The position numbers and the translations under genes were made by a program. The notes under the pieces were generated by a model. That model did not search any database. It worked only from the letters and a program-made list of their open reading frames with translations, and was not told the DNA's origin. This document shows, in pieces, positions 56,648-64,000 of a stretch of 64,000 bases of DNA. Numbering within the stretch: the stretch's first letter is position 1; every line of letters starts with the position of its first letter. This stretch comes from Octopus sinensis (Eukaryota), in assembly GCF_006345805.1 (NCBI RefSeq), contig NC_043000.1:145700001-145764000 (forward strand), read 5' to 3'.

Positions 56648-56698
56648 AGATAGATAGATAGCTAGATAGATAGATGATAGATAGATAGATAGATAGAT

Positions 56699-56751
<53 letters not shown>

Positions 56752-56807
56752 AAGAAAGAAAGAAGAAAGATAGATAGATAGATAGATAGATCGATAGATA
56801 GATAGAT

Positions 56808-56855
<48 letters not shown>

Positions 56856-56870
56856 GATAGATAGATAGAT
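56648..56870. repeat. (GATA)n microsatellite
   Basis: Direct reading. Confidence 0.95.
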
Positions 56871-57487
56871 ACGGAGGTTGATATCCCTCTATGGGGAGAC
56901 ACAATGCGTTTGCGTTATTACCTGGGTGAATGCTAAGATTCTGAACAGATATATGCACGACGGCAATTTTAAATATCGTTCCTTGTCCTATCCCTTAAAT
57001 TGTTTGATATTCTATAGGAAAATGTATAATGTCTCTGAATCAGCGGCACACGAATATATTGAGATAGAGAAAGGCTTCATGTTACCATTATCTTAACGGT
57101 ATCACTATACGTACGCATGAAATTGTTTTTGTATTCATACATGATGCATGCTGTCACAAGGACAAAATCGGTGTCAGTATCGGCAAAAATATGTTTTCTT
57201 CGAATTTAAAGAGATAAACTTCAAAAAGGAAATGAAAAATCGGTCTGCATGATTGCGAGTTCTCTGGAGACATGTATAATCGTTTGCAAGAATCTTTGAG
57301 TGTGTATTTACAATAGCACCATAGGCATCCCTTCATTCACTCATACGAAGAAACAGAGAAGTCACCAATCCACACACTTTTCTTCATAGCGGTAATACTC
57401 GTACTTCATTTGTACTTGGTTAATTGGAAATGTTCTACAAGTTTTCAAAGCTTATGTTAAGTTAATTCTATTGCAGAAGTAAATTAA

Positions 57488-57743
57488 GTTTCTTTATTAG
57501 CCACACAGGGCTGCACACAGATGGGGCAAATTAGAAGGTAGAGCTTTTCTTTTGGGGGAGGAAAAAAATAAACGTGGCGTAGGTTTTCGATCAAAAGGGA
57601 TCGTAAAAGGGAAAAAAGGAAAAGAAACAAAAGAAAAGAAAAAATAAAAAAGAAGAAAAAGAGGAAAAAAGGGGGAGAGTAAATAAGAAACGATCAATAG
57701 GGATCGTGTATCACAGTGTCATGATGTACGGTGTAAAGGGGAA
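57488..57743 (-). mobile_element. Severely 5'-truncated insertion of the Tx1-like family (3' UTR only)
   Basis: GTTTCTTTATTAGCCACACAGGGCTGCACACAGAT identical to 50564 onward; perfect 15-bp TSD GCAGAAGTAAATTAA (57473-57487, 57744-57758). Confidence 0.9.
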
Positions 57744-58728
57744 GCAGAAGTAAATTAATGTCTGCTAGATTGTTTGCACACGCTTAGTAGACTGCAATAT
57801 CTTCCAGAAACACAAAGAAGTTTATTCTTCTTCTCAAAGGAATATACTTTGTATGCATTTCATCTGGTGTGGTTTCGTCATCGCTGGTTAAATTTTCTTT
57901 TTCAATCTAACACTTGTCACTTTTCAGACTAACATTGCTCTTCTTACTTCCTGAAGAGATATATTCTGTTAATAATTGATCATTGCATAATAATCTGTGA
58001 TTACACATTGCAATTTCGATTAACAAATTTTAATAAAACAAATTTTCACATATGTCATGAATCAAATTTTTAGATGTATAGATTGTCGTTTTGCATAAAT
58101 ATCGAGAACTCCTGAATAACTTTGCCGAATGAACTTTGCCAAATTGTATAGTGAGCTCTTACATTGTATTGTTTTCAATATTCTCTTTTAATCATCAAAT
58201 GTATGAAGGTGTTACATTTTTGTTACAGGAATGATACATACTTTTCTAAGTACGTATTATACTTGTATAAAATACAGAAGATCTATTATGCAACAATCTC
58301 TCCTAACCAAGCAGTTTTGGGAAAAAGAAAATATATCCTGAATTTTGCAAACACTAAATCTCCTGTTTTTCTAAGAGTCAATTGTTAAGAATATATAATT
58401 AAAGCTTCAGGATATATCACGTGTGTTTCTAATTCTTTGCAGGAATTGGATTCAATGGAAGATGGTATGCAATGTGTATGAATAAATTTATAATTTTATG
58501 CAATGAGATTTATGCATCTGTAAACACAAATTCCGTTTCAGGTCCACCATATATGTGAGTGGTTTTGTGTGAGACTATGCTTGTGTACTACGAGTTGTAG
58601 TAGTAGTAGTAGTAGTAGTAGTAGTAAAATTATGAAGAAGAAGAGGGGAGAAGGAAGAGGAGGAGAGTGATGAAAGGTAATTAGAGAAGGAGGAGGAGGA
58701 ATTGGAGGAGAAGGAGTAGCAGCATTTA

Positions 58729-58801
<73 letters not shown>

Positions 58802-58874
58802 ACAATTATCTAGTAAGTTATAACTGAGAATTTGAACATTTATTGTGAATTTGTGGTGTTACAACTTACTATAT

Positions 58875-59250
58875 GTTGTTAGATAAAATTCGTTGGCAAA
58901 GATTTCAGTGTTGAGGCTGGTTGAGCAGAAATGACAGGTGACGAGTGTATTTTTTGGAAGTTTATATCTCGTAAATGTTCAGTAAATCTGTTGGTCAGAC
59001 GGTGGTCAGAATGATCAACGTATAATGCGTCGCAAAGGGTATATCTAAGAAGCGATATAGCCAGCATTCCAACAACACTCTGACCATCTGGATGTTGGCA
59101 TCTACAATGCCGAAGAGGTCCACTTGCTTGACCCACGAATTCTGCTATAAAAGAGGTACGAGAAATACGTTAGGAATCACGGGGTAGCCTCCGTGACTAC
59201 GTTTGTAGCTGAGTAGGCCTGTCTTTGAGAAGCAGAAATGATCACGATGG
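58875..59250 (-). mobile_element. Penelope-like GIY-YIG remnant
   Basis: YTLCDALYVDHSDHRLTNRFTEHLRDI resembles C..C..LYIGET.R.L..RF.EHL..I. Confidence 0.7.
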
Positions 59251-62200
59251 TGGGACCACATAGACTGTTTCGTGTCCTTCACCAGGGAGAGAATTCACAT
59301 CCTCTATATATTTTCCAGCACGTTTCAATACATTATCTACAACCCAGTTGATCTCGAATATTTCAATACCAATAGCAATCAGAATCTTTCGCTTCTCCCG
59401 TTCTGATACAACAACATCCCAAGTTTTAGTGTTTCAGCATTGATCTTTCTGCAATGTATCTAGAGTGTTTTATGGCCTACATTTGGGACGTGTTCTTTGC
59501 TACAGCACTTCTTTTCGCATACAAGTGTCCTCGAAACTAAGAAGATGACCAAAACTTTTAAGGTGGTCTTTGACAATCATGGGCTTGATTGAACTAGCTT
59601 CATTTGCACAAGCTGCATTACTCTCGTATCAGGTACATGAGATTTCTAGATCTTTAGAATTCTATGCATACATTGCTGATACACACACACACATTGCTTA
59701 TTTGGTTTAACATTATAAATTTCGTATTACACATTGCATTTCTGTGTATTCTTGATATGCTTGTCATTGCGAAGCATGTATTTTAATAACCTTTTAATAA
59801 ACATGCATGTATGTATGTAAGTATTAGTTGTAAGAGGGATTAAAATTTCCAGGTAAATTATATTTTTTTACAACTAGATTTTGATACTTTAAGTAAAAGT
59901 AATTCCGACTGTGATAATACCGTTAAAATAACACATATTAATAATATTAATAAAATAGTGATAATAATCCTGCCTGAACACCTAATCCTGAGAAGAGAAT
60001 TAGTACAAATTCTTTTAACCATGGATACCTCATACAAATGAATACGTGCCTTTGTCATTTCATAAACAAAATTATCTGTCCTTTAGGATAAGGATGTTTA
60101 AGGAAGAATACAGGGTTTCAATGTAAGTTCATAAGAAGGGATCCTACATATTATTGCATAGGTTCGACTAATACAATTTGGAAATTTAGATTCCATAATC
60201 ATTCATATTCATTTAAATATACAATAAAATGTAATTCAACGAACCTTAGTAAATTCATTTGCGATTTAAAAGATAGGAATATTATGTACGATTTAAAGTG
60301 ATCCAATATTAGTTACCCATCATCATACAATATTAGTAACTTTAAATGTGATTTTTCCTTGAGGAAATGTGTTACATTCCTACTTCTAAATTAATATTAT
60401 TGAATTGTAAAGATAATTTTATATTGAAATGTTCTCACAAACATAGAAAAGCATTTAAACATTTCAATTTTAATTGATGTATTAATTGCAATTGCTTTTC
60501 TTATAATATAATATGCATAGGTTTCCTGAAAATCTTAAGCATATTCAATTCCCTGGTGGAGAAGTTCCATGTTTCTAATTGTTGTAATGTAGAATTCCTG
60601 TTTATTTTTTATTCTTTCGTTATGTAATGAAGTTATCAAAATTTAAGTACTAAAATGATCTTTCTTAGAATATTATATTACTTCTTTTTGAATGCGCTCA
60701 TTCGGTACAGTTATTTTTTTTACTTTACTTTGAATTTAACTAGTTTTGAATTGCCTTGATAACGTTATGTTAATATATATTTTCAGGTATTTAAATTTGA
60801 CTGGTATATTCTGTATCTAAACCAGCTGGCACAACAAAAAAGCTCATCGGTATTGTATTATGTAATCACCAATTAAAGGTGTGATCTTCTCCATTCTTTT
60901 CCTTGTTGTTATATATGTGTGTGCCTGTGTCTGTGTGCGCGAGCGTGTGTGTGTTTTATGTGGCTGTGTGTTTGTATGATTATATTTAAATTTACATCTA
61001 AATATGTTTATGCATACCTATATAAGTATATATGCATAAAACACACATGTATACACATATCCATCAACTTAGATCTCTTGTTAATGTACATAATATGCTT
61101 CGCTGCAGATGTATAACAATACCGATATCGGGCCTAACTTGCCACTTTACTAACAAAGATCTGTACGTTCGTTTAATTGTATGCACAGATTTTCTTGTTC
61201 ATTTATTTTATTTGAATTAAAAGTTACTGCTGTCTCTTCCATCTTCTTCGGTTTTACTCCTTAGGTGAATGTAATTTAAATTATTATACATTTCATGGTT
61301 CATTATATGTTCAGAGACTTGATTATGCATATGCTGTAGGAAGAGCATATGTCTTTTTCATATGAAGTAAAAAGTTATTCGATCTCTTACAGTTTTTGAG
61401 AATTTCCAGGCACATTTCGTAATATTTTATTATGCTGCGTTTTAACGCAGTATATTTTTCTTTCCCTATTCCGTATGCGATGATACTATTGTTAATCTTT
61501 TTCTCAAGTTTGGTTACTGATTTATCGTCCACGTTACTACTCATAAACACTTCAGTTCACCTATAAGTATTGGTAATATAAACTTTACGTATAAAAATAG
61601 TCCTAATAAAAATGAGAAAATATATGCGTTTTTACGCTCTCTAATAGAGTATCATATATGTAACGCAATTATAATGATCTTCAAAACTTAATTCCAAAAC
61701 GATTATGAAAGGGATGCTAATATCTTCGATACCCGTGCATTCTCATAGATCTAGAAAGAATATTGACCATGAAAATAAGTAATTAACCATCTGAGTTCAT
61801 TTATATATATTGGCATGGTATATCTTCTCTCGGTTTCATCTTCCTCAATCACAACACATCGTTCTTCGATATTTGCATGTTGTGCGTTATACACCGCAGT
61901 ACATTTTTCCTCTTGTCATTGTTATCTACTATCATTCATACATATACAACGCTGTCGAATGCCTCTTGCATAGAAATACAATCGCCGCAAACAAAATTAT
62001 TTCCTTCATTGTTTTATCCAGATGTCAACCTGCAGGTTGAGCATCAAATGCCACATCTGCAGATTTGGCTTCTTTTAAAGGTTATCAGTATTAACCTTCA
62101 GCATAAATCGCAAAAATCAATAATTGTTTACCCAATTTTCTATGTTCCTAAGAATTTTTTTTTTTAATCAGGGTCATTTCCTTGTTAAGTCAAATATATA

Positions 62201-62272
62201 TCCTACGTTGATTTAGGATTTAGTTTGGCATAGGCATTTTCCTATTCTCGGCAAGCAGATGGTTTTAATAAA

Positions 62273-62598
62273 ATTATAGGCTTTCGGCAAAATGAAGAAA
62301 TGCCGTGTCAGTAGGAATAGCCTACTGAAGGTCGCATTTGAGAATAATACACGCACGCACGCACAGACACACACACAGATATATATATAGCCTACTGACG
62401 GTCGCATTTGACAATAACACACACACGCACGCACAGACACACACATACACACACACACACACAGATATATATATATGTGTGTGTGTGTGTGTGTATGTGT
62501 GTGTATGTGCGTGCGTGTGTGTGTTATTGTCAAATGCGACCGTCAGTAGGCTGTTCCTACTGACACGGCATTTCTTCATTTTGCCGAAAGCCTATAAT
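62273..62598. repeat. Long fold-back (inverted repeat) with a tandem duplication in the left arm
   Basis: ATTATAGGCTTTCGGCAAAATGAAGAAATGCCGTGTCAGTAGGAA.AGCCTACTGA.GGTCGCATTTGA.AATAA is mirrored at 62523-62598; centre in (TA)n near 62470. Confidence 0.9.
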
Positions 62599-62613
62599 AT
62601 ATATATATGAAAG

Positions 62614-62652
<39 letters not shown>

Positions 62653-62680
62653 TATATATATTATATATATATATATATAT

Positions 62681-62817
62681 ATGAATTTTTTGCGTAACGA
62701 GATAAAAAAAACCAAGGCTGTATGGATATTAGAGCATTTATAGTTAGACCTTCTATCTACAAATGCTCTAATATCCATACAACCTTGGTTTTTTATCTCA
62801 TTACGCAAAAACTTCAT
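62681..62817. mobile_element. Palindromic MITE-like element
   Basis: About 62-bp inverted arms (62681-62743, 62757-62817), 13-nt loop, embedded in (TA)n/TA. Confidence 0.75.
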
Positions 62818-62964
62818 ATATACATACACTGATATAGAACCAACGTTGAACCCTTTATTTGCAATATTACCGAATCTGGAACTTAACTATGGTCTGTCTA
62901 TAGCACTTATTCAGCATTACCTGACACATTTGGGTCTCAATGACACATTATCTCTCATTACCTC

Positions 62965-63026
<62 letters not shown>

Positions 63027-64000
63027 TATATATAGGTAAAATTATGAGAGGTTACAAAATTGGCAGAGGGTACAGACATGCACCGCTTTTGCTAAAACTA
63101 AAAGTTAAAACAACTCAAAAGTCACAAAAGCACCCTCTTAATGACTGACAATATATATATTTGATCCGTACAATATATACATAAAAGGAATATAAAATAA
63201 TGCATACTTCGCTGAAATAACTTAAAATAAAAATTTCTTGTCGATTATACCTCAATTATTCTACTAGTTTATGTGCTTTATTTCCTTGCTTATATACCAC
63301 ACGTTTTAAAACATATCCGCGACGTATATATATATTTCCCGAAATTCGCATTTAGAGTTTGTTGAAGAAATTTAGGCAAATTAATGGGAAATAAATATTA
63401 ACTTTCAACAAATATCCGCTATCTAGCTTATATTCATAACATTTTCAGAGGCCACTTAGATTGAGAACATTGATATAGAGGGAAGAATGGATACATATTT
63501 GTAATGTTTCCAGAGAATGTCTTTCAAATATTTGTGTAGACGAACTAGGAAAATTAGGGCTGAATGAAAATTTCCATTACAAGCTTATCCTATCGCATTA
63601 AATTACTTTTTACGGAATCTTCCACATAGAATATATAACGTTAAAACTCCTATGAACTAAGAATATCTTACTTTCATATTTCATGCTTTTGGAAAATAGA
63701 ATTTAGTTTCTCAGCTTCCATAGTTAGATTGTAATATATATGGATGTCTGATATATTCAGAACTGATACTGGAATATCATTCAATTTTGCTGAAAACTAT
63801 GTCACTGTTATCTATATTTCCTACATGTACAGTGTAATATTTCTTTATACACTACATTAGTTTCATTTCAATGAAACTTAAAATAAAAAATTATCCATCA
63901 TATTTAATATGACATTGACTTAGACAATAAACATATAATCAAATTAAACTGGTTTTATCATAATTAATGAAGCAGGCCTCAAGCATCATACCTGAAATAT

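Overview
AT-rich, microsatellite-saturated, non-coding-dominated eukaryotic DNA. The SINE families and the density of (TA)n/(TACA)n/(GATA)n/(TAA)n tracts suggest an octopus (coleoid cephalopod) intron or intergenic region; the organism is an inference. No intact host gene, rRNA, true tRNA or CRISPR array is supportable, and most ORFs in the supplied track are microsatellite artefacts or antisense shadows of transposons. Retroelements: a near full-length but frameshifted Tx1/L1-clade LINE (~50.6-56.6 kb, minus) plus a separate 3' fragment with a 15-bp TSD; a 5'-truncated R4/Dong-like element inside (TAA)n (22.5-25.1 kb) with two older remnants; a HERO/R2-like remnant; a CR1-like LINE 3' end; several Penelope-like fragments; three tRNA-derived SINE families. 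DNA elements: a decayed Tc1, Tc1- and hAT-type MITEs, a non-autonomous Helitron and two palindromic fold-back elements. Most interesting: (i) a 3' stem-loop with compensatory changes shared by a LINE and two SINE families; (ii) one SINE head carrying two different tails; (iii) a fixed head-to-tail SINE junction recurring at four loci; (iv) several variant minimal hammerhead-ribozyme-like folds; (v) long inverted repeats that could form dsRNA. A few minus-strand exon candidates exist but their protein could not be identified. I found no evidence for a novel protein-coding system. All coordinates and alignments were read by eye.
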